Source: Nemertoderma westbladi (lineage: Eukaryota; Animalia; Xenacoelomorpha). From it: a DNA stretch of 42,776 nucleotides. The notes beneath the pieces were generated by a model that was not told the DNA's origin, searched no databases, and saw only the letters and a program-made list of their open reading frames with translations. The DNA lies in contig JAUCBJ010002142.1 of the NCBI GenBank assembly GCA_032718475.1, forward strand, positions 1 through 42,776. Direction: 5' to 3'. Below, in pieces: positions 13,591-24,830 of the stretch (its first letter is position 1; every line of letters starts with the position of its first letter). Made by a program: the position numbers and the translations under genes.

Positions 13591-13856
13591 GTCATTGTTA
13601 GTTAAATGTTTGATCAATAATCGGGTCAGGAAAGGAACCTAACTTGGTATGAAAAATTGATAAAAAATTATCGAGTTAGTCATATATAATCAATTTAGTA
13701 TTATTTAATTATAATTTCCGAAGTATGTACTATGTAGTTCAACAATAAATAAAGCAATTAAATAAATTAGAGCACTTGACAATTCGACCGTAAGGGCATC
13801 CATCTATGGAGGCTGTAAAAATAAAAATTACAATATCGTATGTATCGTAGGTAGAA

Positions 13857-13886
13857 CAATTCAATTCAATTCAATTCAATTCAATT
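13857..13886. repeat. (CAATT)n microsatellite, possibly a LINE 3' tail
   Basis: About six tandem caatt copies. Confidence 0.8.
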
Positions 13887-14415
13887 TATATTTTATTATT
13901 CCTGCGACATATTATAGAACATATTGCACAAGTAAAATAGTTACAGGATAAAAGGGTCAACAACGAATAGATTGAGTTAGCTAGTAGGTGTTGTTGTCCC
14001 TGAGGGTATTAATGAGAGAGAATAGAGATATAGATGTTTGTTTTAAATTTGGGGAGGGAGCAATAAGGAGATAATGAGAGGGTTTTCAGGGGGAGGGCGG
14101 GTAAATATGATATACTCGGGCCCTGAAAACACCTCCAAACTCGACAATAATCACAAATATACCAGATGGAGACGATGATATTCCACAGTTGTATTAAATG
14201 TATCGCACCCTTATGTTTACAGTATCCGAATATCTGCCATAAGCCTAATTACTGAATGATGACTGAATGGTTTTCCCTGAATAAAAAATAATGATTGAAG
14301 TTAAAAACAGGGTTGATAAAAATCATGATTTTTTAAAAAAAAATCAAAAAAATCCGATTTTTTTTTATTTAAATCAGATTTTTTTGATTTAAATCAGATT
14401 TTTATGATTTAAATC

Positions 14416-14797
14416 GGGTGACTACAAAGCAAAGACCCAATTAACAAAGACCTGTACAAAACACATCTATTAGCTTTCGTTTATTGTTTTGGTTCCCCCA
14501 ACACGCTTCTGTAACCTGCTCGTTTACTAACCTGCTCCTGTAAATGGCAATGCGACCTATTGCTCTATGGCAATGGGACCTAACGCCCTTTGGGACGTAA
14601 CGCAACTTTACCTCTTTGTTTTGTATAGTTCCCAAAGATTGTTAGGTTACATTGCCATTTAAAGGAACATGTTAGTAAAGGAGCATGTTACAGAGGCTTG
14701 TTGGGGGAACCAAAACAATAAACGAAAGTTAACACATGTTACAAGATTATGCAGGTCTTTATTATTTGGGTCTTTGGTCTTTGTTTTGTAGTCACCC
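14416..14797. mobile_element. Palindromic MULE-like MITE
   Basis: TIR GGGTGACTACAAA...TTTGTAGTCACCC, long imperfect arms, 9-bp flanking duplication ATTTAAATC (also a host repeat motif). Confidence 0.8.
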
Positions 14798-14919
14798 ATT
14801 TAAATCAGATTTTTTATTTAAATCAGATTTTTTTATTCAAATCAGATTTTTTTATTTAAATCAGAATTTATATGAAAACATTGTGAAGACTTCTCGCTTC
14901 ATCAATGCCCTATTGTTTA

Positions 14920-15300
14920 AACGGTATCCCGATCCTTTATACCGAAAAACCGGGATCCCAGCGAAATATCCAATCCCGATTCCGACTTTTTTGGAACGGG
15001 ATCCCGAAGTTTAAAGTGTTAAATAAATTTGTTAAACATCTAAAAAAAAAGTTCCAACAGAACGGAAATGTTTTGATTATATCTAATTTTTATTTCAGTA
15101 AACCAGCCAGTAATCAATTATAAGATATTATAATATAACTTTATCTTACTAATATTTCAGAAGTGTAAAATAAAGTGAGTGTTACCGAAAACCCGCCACA
15201 TATACTATGAACTTTAATGAATTTAATCCAAAATTACACGGGATCTCGAGAGTGATAATCCCGGTCCCGATCCCGGAAATCCCGAAAAGTCTGAATTCGA
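14920..15300. mobile_element. MITE-like remnant with cgggat/atcccg subterminal motifs
   Basis: Clusters of atcccg/cgggat at both ends around an AT-rich core; termini not resolved. Confidence 0.4.
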
Positions 15301-15476
15301 ATATAAACTAAATAAACAACAAACTGAATAGAATTCTAAACTACAACTTAATTAATGGGCCTGTGAATAATGTATAGTATTGAAAATGCGACATGATACT
15401 GTATTTTCATATACATATTTAGGTAATTTGAATCATTTAATAATAATCAGTAATGCAATGTTTATCCTGGCCTTAA

Positions 15477-17171
15477 CCCTAATACCACTGGGGGGGGGGG
15501 GGGGGGGGGGGGGCGAATCGGCCCCTTCCTAGTTTATAGTTGCTGTAACTATGCAACCACATTACGTACCGGCCCAATTTTTTGTGAGAATTAGCCAAAT
15601 TTAATGCCGCATCTTTTGCAAAAAACGCCGTTGCAATTGGATTTCTACTTTTCGATGTGGGTGCCACCTCAAAATTTGGTCTCCAGCACCAAATTTTTTG
15701 AAATTTTCGAATTTTACAAAGTCATTCGTGATTTAGTAATTATTTATGTTTGGGCTATTTTTATTTATTTTTATTGGTTTGGATCACTCTAATGCTCTAT
15801 ACAAGTATGTAAGTGTAGTGGTACGTCATTTTTGGAGCACCAAATTTAGGGCGTGGTACTTTAAAATTTCAAAATTACTTTATTCGGAAAATTTACTAAA
15901 GTTCTGATTTCGAAGCATTTTTATTGGTTTTCTGGAGCGCTGAATCGATTAAAAGTAGTATAGAAGCCTGAAGACTTAGTGGTTCGCCATTTTTGGTGCC
16001 CAAAATTAGGGCATGGCATTTCAAATTTTGAAAAATACGAGATTCGGAAAATACACTAAAGTTTTGATTTGCAAAGCATTTTTATAGGTTTTCTGGAGCG
16101 CTGAATCGATTAAAAGTAGTATAGAAGCCTGAAGACTTAGTGGTTCGCCATTTTTGGTGCCCAAAATTAGGGCGTGGCACTTCAAATTTTGAAAAATACG
16201 AGATTCGGAAAATACACTAAAGTTTTGATTTGCAAAGCATTTTTATAGGTTTTCTGGAGCGCTGAATCGATTGAAAGTAATATAGAAGCCTGAAGACTTA
16301 GTGGTTCGCCATTTTTGGTGCACCAAAATTAGGGCGTGGCACATCAAATTTTGAAAAATACGAGATTCGGAAAATTCACTAAAGTTTTGATTTCAAATTA
16401 ATTTTATATGTTTTCTGGAGCGCTGAATCGATTGAAAGTAATATAGAAGCCTGAAGACTTAGTGGTTCGCCATTTGTGGTGCACCAAAATTAGGGCGGGG
16501 CACTTTTATAGGTTTTCTGGAGCGCTGAATCGATTGAAAGTAATATATAGAAGCCTCAAATCCTTTGTGTACGTAATTTTCGGTGCACCAAAATTAGGGC
16601 GTGGCACTTCAAATTTTCAAAATTACTTTATTCGGAAAAAACACTAAAGTTTTGATTTCAAAAAATGGCTAACTTCTAAGTCTTCAGGCTTCTATATTAC
16701 TTTCAATCGATTCAGCGGCCCAGAAAACCCATAAAGATGCGTTGAAATAAAAAAATTAGGGGCATTTTCTGAATATCTAATTTTTCAAAATTTGAAGTGC
16801 CACGCCCACTTCTTAGGTGGACGAAAAATAGCATCCACTTCAATTTTTGGAAGTGGAATATAATCAAATTCGATTCAGCGTCGTGAAAAACCTACTAAAT
16901 CTAGCCAACACTGCCACACTATTAGTTTTTAGAAAACGAAAAATTTTTTAATTTTGTCCTGGGACTACTTTTATTTTTCATCAAAATTATGAGTCCCTGC
17001 TTATGAAATTTTAATTTTTTAAGGTTTGGTAGTGTTCATCTATAGTTGTTTCACCAACAGCCCAAATTTTGTAGGATTTCATTGGACGACTACAAAAATA
17101 TAGTGGGTGGGCCGAATCGCCCCCCCCCCCCCAGTGGTGGTAATGGTCAAAACACCCCAGTGGTAATAGGG
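15477..17171. mobile_element. Non-autonomous piggyBac-like element
   Basis: TTAA on both sides (15473-15476, 17172-17175); TIR ccctaataccactgggg / ccccagtggtaataggg with one mismatch. Confidence 0.88.
15815..16660. repeat. 161-bp tandem repeat (about 5 copies) inside the piggyBac-like element
   Basis: tctggagcgctgaatcgatt at 15931, 16092, 16253 and 16414, a shortened unit at about 16516, and an inverted partial copy at about 16665-16810. Confidence 0.9.
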
Positions 17172-17408
17172 TTAAAGCATGATTGATAAAATTCATGATA
17201 TTAAAAAAATCAAAAAAATCGGATTTTTCTTATTTTTATGTGATTTAAATCAATGATTTAAATCAAATGATTTAAATAAAATGAATTAAATCAAACAACC
17301 CTGGTTAAAAAAAAATGAAAAGTTTTTTAGATTATTAACTAATTTGATAATCAAAATGTATGTATGCCGACCTCAGTTTATCGTCTGCGGCTTATCTGAA
17401 TAACTAAC

Positions 17409-17729
17409 CGGACACTTATGGACAGTGTTGGACATCGAAAGGGGGGTATGGACACGCCGAACGTGGTCCTTCAGTAGTCGACGTTTGTTGAACTCCTTCC
17501 CGCACACCTCGCAGGTGTGTAGCTCCCGGTATATGTGGTAGGTTGAATGGTCCCGTAGCTCGGATACACTGGCGCAGAGCTGCCCGCAGACGGGGCAGGC
17601 TAGAGGGAAGTCTGGGTGGGTGTCCGCGAGGTGGGCCAATAGTTGGTCGCGTGTTAGGTGAGCCACTCCGCAGTACGAACAGCAGAGCACTGGGGGTGGT
17701 TCGTGGGCTGTAGCAACGTGGTTCTCTAA
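17409..17729 (-). CDS. Zinc-finger gene exon 9
   Basis: tttag|LENHVATAH..CSYC..CPVC..CEVC..HKCP|gttag; 107 codons. Confidence 0.9.
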
Positions 17730-17753
17730 CTAAACAAATAATTAAACAGTAAG

Positions 17754-17950
17754 ATCCCATCCCATCCCATCCCATCCCATCCCATCCCATCCCATCCCAT
17801 CCCATCCCATCCCATCCCATCCCATCCCATCCCATCCCATCCCATCCCATCCCATCCCATCCCATCCCATCCCATCCCATCCCATCCCATGCCATGCCAT
17901 GCCATGCCATGCCATGCCATGCCATGCCATGCCATGCCATGCCATGCCAT
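17754..17950. repeat. Compound (CCCAT)n(GCCAT)n microsatellite
   Basis: Direct inspection; the motif switches at about 17890. Confidence 0.98.
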
Positions 17951-17959
17951 CCTACTTAC

Positions 17960-18235
17960 CTCGACTTGTTCCTTGAACCGAGAACCACACACATTGCAGC
18001 GATTACGGCAATCTGAATGCGACCTTCCCATGTGGACCTCCATAGTGTAACGAGATTGGAATGTTCTAGAACAGCAATTACATATCGGATAGGTTTTTGT
18101 AAACCCGGCATCCAAACCGTGACGCGAATGTTGTACCAACTGCCAGAAGGAAGGGAAGGCCGCACGACAGGACAGACACTGCTGATTGGATGATCTGTTA
18201 TCAGTAGGTGGTAACCGGTCGTGGCCTTTACATTC
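17960..18235 (-). CDS. Zinc-finger gene exon 8
   Basis: tttag|ECKGHD..CLSC..CNCC..CNVCGSRFKEQVE|gtaag; 92 codons. Confidence 0.9.
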
Positions 18236-18276
18236 CTAAATAATGCAAAATAAATTAATAACTTTTTAATACATTG

Positions 18277-18442
18277 AAGGGAATTCAGTAAAAAGGGAAA
18301 TTCAGTAAAAAGGGAAATTCAGTAAAAAGGGAAATTCAGTAAAAAAGGAAATTCAGTAAAAAGGGAAATTCAGTCAAAAGGGAAATTCAGTAAAAAAGGA
18401 AATTCAGTAAAAAGGGAAATTCAGTCAAAAGGGAAATTCAGT
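18277..18442. repeat. 17-bp minisatellite (gggaaattcagtaaaaa), about 10 copies
   Basis: ttcagt recurs at 17-bp spacing. Confidence 0.95.
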
Positions 18443-19185
18443 GTACAAAAAGGGACCCAAAAATGAATATTTTATGCCATTAGTAATGAAATTGATTGAT
18501 TATATAATTGCATTAAAAAAATTATGTCTAAAATATATCATTTTTGTCTAAATTAATTCAGATATTGGGTCAATAAAAATTGATATAAAATGCCATTTCA
18601 TGTCAGCGATTCCACATTATTCAAAGGCCAAATTAAATTTATATTGAAAAAAAAAACAGAATCTAATTAATATTTTTAGGTCAGATGTAACAGAACCAAT
18701 AACACCAGGGGGTAATATAACATGTCCCATCACGTATATATAGTCATTGGGGGTAAAAAAAGCAATTTTCCGTTTTTTGTCAATAAAATTGTTAATTTTC
18801 CATGGATTTAAATAAATTTGGTATTGTCTGAAAACGAATAAAAAATGTAATTTAATGAGCATCAAACAATATCACAGAACATATATTATGGTAAAAAAAG
18901 TTTGATTGTTTTGTTTTGTTTTGTTGTTTTTTGTTTTGTTAAATTTTTTGTATTTTTTGTTAAATGTTTTTTTACCCCAAAATGGGGTAAAAAAAACAAG
19001 TGTGGGTAAATAAAAAACATCTAGTTTCAATTGTGGAATCATCACAGCGCAGAAGTATTAGTCCTACCTAACTGACAAATCTGATGCCTCTGTTATAATT
19101 CACGCCACAACCTAAGGATCAGGCCGCATATATGACATGGATTTCGGTGATTGAGGCGGATAGAAACTACTCTGTGGTGAATCGG

Positions 19186-19475
19186 TTGCTGCATTGAAGC
19201 TGCACATTGAGATGTTTTGCTGGCTTAACAAAAATATTTTTGACAATGCAGCCTGCATTAAGAATGCTGTGTCGGCTTATCGACAAAATTGCGCCGCCAC
19301 AACTCCCTATCACCCATGACATTTGCTAGATCATCCGCATCTTCAAGGCCGGTGTCCTTTAAGATGCGTCTCAAGAAAGTCATGGGCTGTCCACCATGCT
19401 TATTCACTCTATGAGGCTGCCAAAGTACAAGATTATGCACTGGCTGGTCCTCACGGCGAAAGCAATGTCCTGCAA
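19186..19475 (-). mobile_element. RTE-like LINE family A 3' end fragment
   Basis: FAGHCFRREDQPVHNLVLW...DRELWRR, near-identical to ORF 34734..35072. Confidence 0.88.
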
Positions 19476-19558
19476 AGCAAAACAATAAAGATTGCATTGA
19501 TGGGGGACTTCTACAATAAATATTGCATTGATGGGGGACTTCTACAATAAAGTAGGTA

Positions 19559-19625
19559 CGGGTCCGGGTCCGGGTCCGGGTCCGGGTCCGGGTCCGGGTC
19601 CGGGTCCGGGTCCGGGTCCGGGTCC
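19559..19625. repeat. (GGGTCC)n microsatellite, about 11 copies
   Basis: Direct inspection; preceded by a 31-bp tandem duplication at about 19481-19550. Confidence 0.95.
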
Positions 19626-20385
19626 TAAGTGGTTCCCATACCGGGGTGCCAGGATCACCGGATCTGGCGACTGGTTTCGGATCTTAGCCTCGTGCTGCGC
19701 GAAGGCATTGGTTTTCTATCACACGCAACCATTGAAACCTGTAACCCCGTACATACTGTATAAGGTATTCACAGATTATTATACTTTTAGCCACCTCACG
19801 TATGCTGAGTTCAGTCTTGTATTGTTCAACAGTGTGAAACGGCTGGAATCACCCTGTTTTTTTTACCCCACACATACATTGTAGGTGGGTAAAAAAAAAC
19901 ACGCTGCACAGAGCGAACTGGATGGAATGATACAATGAGACCATTTGTGTTGGAAAGAGCATTGCCACTTTAGTATTCAGGGAATCGAGACAGTACGGTG
20001 AATTTGAAGCAACCAATAGTATTCATGGTTGGGTTCAATACTGAGGTTGGAACCCTCCACCAGCCAAAATAATAACAACTTGAAATCAGCTGGTTCACAA
20101 CGTCATATTGTAGGCTGAGCTGATTTGATTGGATACTGACTAAGCCAAGAAAAAACGGTCTTTCAAATGGTAGTAATATCACTTTCTCACGTTTAAGTGA
20201 ACTTGAGTTATGCAGTGTTTTTTTTATACCCCACAAAGCGGACTGTTTTATTTTTACCCCCAATGACTATATCAACAATCTTTCCAGAAGATAATCAAGA
20301 AAATGTGAGATTCATTTAATATTAAATAAATTATTTAAATTAAATAAACTCTAACAAAATTAATTAAATAAACTCCAAAACTCAC

Positions 20386-20961
20386 GAGCAAATGTTTGAT
20401 GTTTCTCCCGGGATCACTTGATTCTAGATCGCAGAGCGGACACCGGCAACTGCCTTCTTCAGAGGTACCCTGAAGCACCCCAGCACCCTCCCTAGAGGTA
20501 CCCTCACGTACCCCAGCACCCTCCCTAGAGGTACCCTGAAGCACCCCAGCACCCTCCCTAGAGGTACTCTGGAGTACCCCAGCACCCTCCCTAGAGGTAC
20601 CCTCACGTACCCCAGCACCCTCCCCCACACTGTCGCAATGTGTCCGCCGTTTGTGCATCCTCAACCCGGTAGGAGACTTGAATCCGCGGTGGCACAGCTC
20701 ACACCTGTGCCGGTACAACCCGAGGTACTGTCTGGGATGGAAGGCTTTGTAATGCGACGAGTAGGAACTGGCCGCGAGGAGACGACCGCAGATCTCGCAC
20801 AGTCTCGGGTAGGTGTCTCCTCGGGGTTTACTACCCGCACAAACACAGGATTGATGGAGTTTAAGCGACGCCGGTTTAGAGAACGAGGCTCCGCAATGCG
20901 GACAAGATACGCTAATCTTGGCAGTTCGGAAAATCGAATCAAAACTTTTGGATAAACAAAC
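20386..20961 (-). CDS. Zinc-finger gene exon 7 (4 fingers plus 11-aa repeats)
   Basis: tttag|VCLSKSF..CPHC..CEIC..CELC..CPLC..IKHLL|gtgag; 192 codons, open in the frame of ORF 20335..20718. Confidence 0.9.
20462..20623 (-). repeat. 33-bp coding minisatellite (EGAGVxxGTSR x5) in exon 7
   Basis: gaggtacc...ccccagcaccctccct repeated in frame. Confidence 0.9.
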
Positions 20962-21194
20962 CTAAATTGTCAATAAGGTAAAAAATGATAATATAATATT
21001 TAGAAACTTAATAAATTCAGTAGCGGTTAAAAAACATTCCCAAACGTTACCAAACGCGTCAAATGAGTTTTCTCTTCACATTATTACCTGTGTTAACTAA
21101 TTAAAATATATTATTTACAATAATAAATATAAATATTAAAAAATTAATTAATAATAATAAATATTTCATTTAATACTAAATTCATTATGCCAAC

Positions 21195-22088
21195 CTCACT
21201 GTGCAGACTATAGTCCATTGGTGTAGCGAAGGCCAACCCGCAGTTGAGACACTTAAACCGCCCGCCGACGGTGTGTAGGTGGTAGAGCAAGGTGTGCAGA
21301 TGGAAGGAGTCCTCGCTGTCCAACACAATGTTACAAACTGCACAGGGAATGGATCCATCGTCGTCCAGCGCGCCGTGAGTCCTGTACCGGTGGGTGGCCA
21401 GTAGGGAGCGGTTACTGCAGGGTCGGCCGCAATCCGGGCAGGGGGTCGGGCGTTGGTGGACGCGGCGGCGATGAGCGAGGTAAGGGGAGGGCGAGTGGAA
21501 CGAGCGCGCGCACCGAGGGCAGTACCGGAGCGGAGCTCGGGGTACGCGAAGCGGCGTCGGCAGCCAACGGCCCCCGGAGTGACGCTGTTTGTAATGGAGA
21601 CGCAACTGGCGTCGCCCGGGAAACACGGCGAAACAACGGGGACACATCGAGTGGAAGTCGAGTTTAATTCGCTTACAGAAAGAAACGACGGAGGATTGCG
21701 ACATATCGAGTAATCCGTGGCGTCTATGTAGGTGACCGCGAAGTTCGTTGTATTTAGTAAATATACGGGAATAACAAATTGGGCACCGCAAAACTCTTTT
21801 TATACTATTGTGAACTAATTTTAGGTGGAATTCCAAATCGCCGGCGTACAAACAAGAGGCCCCTCCTACCGGACACATTGGCAGGTTGGCGTGGCCGGCG
21901 CGATGCAATTTCAGGCCGCTAAGGGGCGTCTCTTTGTCGCATTGATCGCAGCGAACGGTGTTGGTTGTCTTGGCAACAGAGTGGACGTTCTTCAAATGAG
22001 TTGAGAGCTGGCCGAGCGATGCGAAATGCTTCCCGTCACACAGGGGGCACGCGTAGTCGCTATGGTAATACGTGTAATGGCTGCTCAC
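21195..22088 (-). CDS. Zinc-finger gene exon 6 (about 9 fingers)
   Basis: tttcag|VSSHYTYYH...CLNCGLAFATPMDYSLHSE|gttgg; 298 codons; repeated CxxC..H...H motifs. Confidence 0.92.
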
Positions 22089-22326
22089 CTGAAATATGGA
22101 TTAAACAAACGGAATTAAGTTAAATTTGATTTCTTTAAAATTAAATTTAAATTGATTTCACTAATTTCCGATAATTATTACATACTTAACGAATGGTTGA
22201 AGGTTATGTATAACGGGGTAGAAGGCCATAGCATAGCTAGTGTAGTACATTATTATACATTAAATACATTACTGCCGTAGAAGACGAAAACAATTCCGTT
22301 GTAAAATAAGAATAATATTCAAACAT

Positions 22327-22603
22327 TGTATATAAACGTTCAAGTATGCTAACCACTACACCACGGAGGCTCCTGCATCTTTCCGATTGATTTGCTATAG
22401 GTGGTAAGCTACCTTACGATCAAATCAATCGGAAAGCAATCAAGCAAATCAATCGGAAAGATGCAGGAGCCTCCGTGGTGTAGTGGTTAGCATACCTGAA
22501 CGTTTATCGGGAGACGCGGGTTCGATCCCCGCTGGTGGCGAATTCATTTTTTCCGCACCATTTGCTATAGAGTTGGATCATCCTTAGTCCTGTTTAATTA
22601 CTT
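22327..22603. mobile_element. TSD-flanked insertion carrying a tRNA-like sequence and an inverted partial copy of it
   Basis: 15-bp TSD ataatattcaaacat (22312-22326, 22604-22618); arms at about 22332-22396 and 22443-22507 are reverse complements. Confidence 0.8.
22469..22540 (+). pseudogene. tRNA-like sequence (tRNA-derived SINE head or pseudo-tRNA)
   Basis: A box tagtggttagc, B box ggttcgatccc, cloverleaf possible. The anticodon loop acGTTta lacks U33 and purine 37, so it is unlikely to be a functional tRNA. Confidence 0.7.
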
Positions 22604-22688
22604 ATAATATTCAAACATAAAATACAAAAGTTCTTGTAACTGATTCCTTTTATCTGCCTTTTCAATACTTTCATATATAATTATTAAC

Positions 22689-22928
22689 CTCCATAAGGCT
22701 AGCGAAGTCGGCGTGGCAACTGGAACATCTGTACCGAGTCGGGAGTTCTTCCTCTATGAGTCGCCGCAACGGTTTTCGGAGAGCGAACTGATGGTCCCGC
22801 CGTCTGTGTTCCTGCAACTCGAAGTTGAACATAAACCCGAAGGATTGACAGATGTGACACGAGTAGTTGCTAACCAAGCAATGGTTAGCGTTCATGTGCT
22901 CCTTGAGAGTGTCGATGTTACAATCAAA
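22689..22928 (-). CDS. Zinc-finger gene exon 5
   Basis: tttcag|FDCNIDTLKEHMNANH...CSSCHADFASLME|gttaat; 80 codons, phase 0/0. Confidence 0.9.
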
Positions 22929-22974
22929 CTGAAACAAAATATGTAGGCCTATTAGGTACCGGTATGTATGTAGA

Positions 22975-24830
22975 TAGATAGATTTATAGATATATTATGC
23001 AAACAATAGAAACCAATACATTAACTCAATACAATTATTAATGTATAGTAAGTATATTGTCCAACATAACATAGCTGATTACCACTAAAGCTTTGCAGCT
23101 TATTTTCAAGTGGGTCCTTCAAGTTACTTGGTTACCAATACAAACTAAACTAACTAATGTATATATAGAATAATTATATATAATTTAAACTAAATAAGAT
23201 ACAAAAAATACAAAATTGATCATTATTACTAATTATTGCACGTCATGCACCAGGTGCATGACGTGCAATAATTAGTAATAATGATCAAATAGGTGCATTG
23301 CACCTATTTAATATTGAACTAAATTAAATACTGCTATATAAGAATTTGCACTGGCAGACTGGTCTTGGAGGTGGGATTTTACTGCAGACTTAAAGGCATA
23401 TTCATTATTAATATTTTTAATGTTATTCGGTAAGGAATTCCAATTCTTTATTCCGTTAAAGAAAAAGGTTTCGCTTTGAAAGGATTTACAATTGGGAACA
23501 TAAAAATTTGATGTGCTGGCTCTGGTGCCGTATGAATGTGTATCACTCAGTTTGGTAAATTTTTGACTCAAGTATTTAGGGCAGTTAAAATTAAAAACTT
23601 TATGTACATGGTTGAGCCGAAGCTGCTTTTAGTTAAGCCTTCATACCAAGATGAACTTGAATAGTCAATATGACATTTTATTAAAGATGAAGAAAGCAAC
23701 CTACGAGAATTAAAATTTAGGCTATTTTTATGTCGATAAAGAAACTTTAGTCTGCCATTAACTTTTGCGATAATATTTTTAACAATGCTTTCTCCAGATA
23801 AACTATAATCCAATTTGGAGCCTAAATATTTAACTTATTTTTTATTATCAGTTTTGTGGCCGTTGCTAATTAATTCAAAGTTTCGAAACTTGATTAATCT
23901 TATTTTCGAGCCGAATAAAATATTTTCAGTTTTGCCGTAGTGAATTGAACGCTTATTATCGACGAGCCATTCGTTGCAGGATTCTAGAACTTTGCATAGT
24001 TTTTCAAAAATTATGTCCGGGTCCCTGTGAGAAAAGATTAATGCACTATCATCAGCGTATAATATTAGTTTAAAGTCCGGATCTATGCTACTAATCATAT
24101 CATTTACGTAACATACAAACAGCAATGGCCCTAAGATGCTACCCTGCGGTACTCCACACTTAATTATCTGAACTGAGGACTGAGTTTTATTTATATCTAC
24201 AACTTGACCCCTATCTGATAAGTATGACCTGAACCAATTAATTGAGCCCACACCCATAACCTAGTAATATTTCGTGATCAACCGCGTCAAAGGCCTTCTG
24301 TAAATCTAACATAACCATACCGGTATACAATCCCTTCGCGGTGTTACACCTAATATTATCCGTCAAATTGATTAGACAACTATCTGTAGAGTAAGATTTA
24401 CAGAAGCCAGATTGAAATTCGTATATTAAATTGAGTTTGTTAAGATGAAACTCTAGCTGAGTGTACACTGAACGTTATAGAATTTTGGATACAATACTTA
24501 ACACACTAATGGGCCTGTAATTACTGGGTTCTAATGTATACTGTTCTTTTTAAATATTGGAACAACCTTCGCCAATTTAAGATCATCAGGGACTACATTT
24601 TCTAAAATTGAGTCGTTAATTATGTAAGTAATAGGAATCTTAAGCACTTCCGCACCACCCTTAAGAAACCTTGCTGGAATCTGGTCCAGTCCAGTACTTT
24701 TAGATGACGAAATACTGACAAGATTTTTCAATACATAAGCTTCTGAGACAGGCTGTAAAAATAACTTTGGAGAATTATTAACCTTTTACGAGTAAAATTT
24801 GTTTAATATTTGCGAATTTAGACTGTATTT
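22975..24830 (-). mobile_element. Decayed CR1/L2-clade LINE, RT and 3' end
   Basis: KSTGLDQIPAR, QSGF, LDLQKAFD, GVPQGSILGPLLF, YADDS and WNSLP motifs; frameshifted. Confidence 0.9.

Larger units (their letters stand above)
14308..17303. mobile_element. Non-autonomous hAT-like element hosting nested insertions
   Basis: TIR CAGGGTTG...CAACCCTG, 8-bp TSD GTTAAAAA (14300-14307, 17304-17311), subterminal gatttaaatc repeats at both ends. Confidence 0.85.
18741..20269. mobile_element. Non-autonomous TIR DNA transposon with nested inserts
   Basis: 19-bp perfect TIR tagtcattgggggtaaaaa / tttttacccccaatgacta flanked by TA; internal gggtaaa/tttaccc motifs. Confidence 0.75.

Noticed and set aside
17416-17945. 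MAWHG/MGWDG ORFs
   Set aside because: Translations of the intronic pentanucleotide microsatellite.
19039-19181. Possible hammerhead (ctgatg...gaaac inside nested stems)
   Set aside because: Core reads CUGAUGC, not CUGANGA, and the stem geometry does not fit.
19528-19884. GPGPGP ORF
   Set aside because: Translation of the (GGGTCC)n microsatellite inside a transposon.
22469-22540. Functional tRNA-Asn(GTT)
   Set aside because: Non-canonical anticodon loop, mismatched acceptor stem, and it lies within a TSD-flanked insertion.
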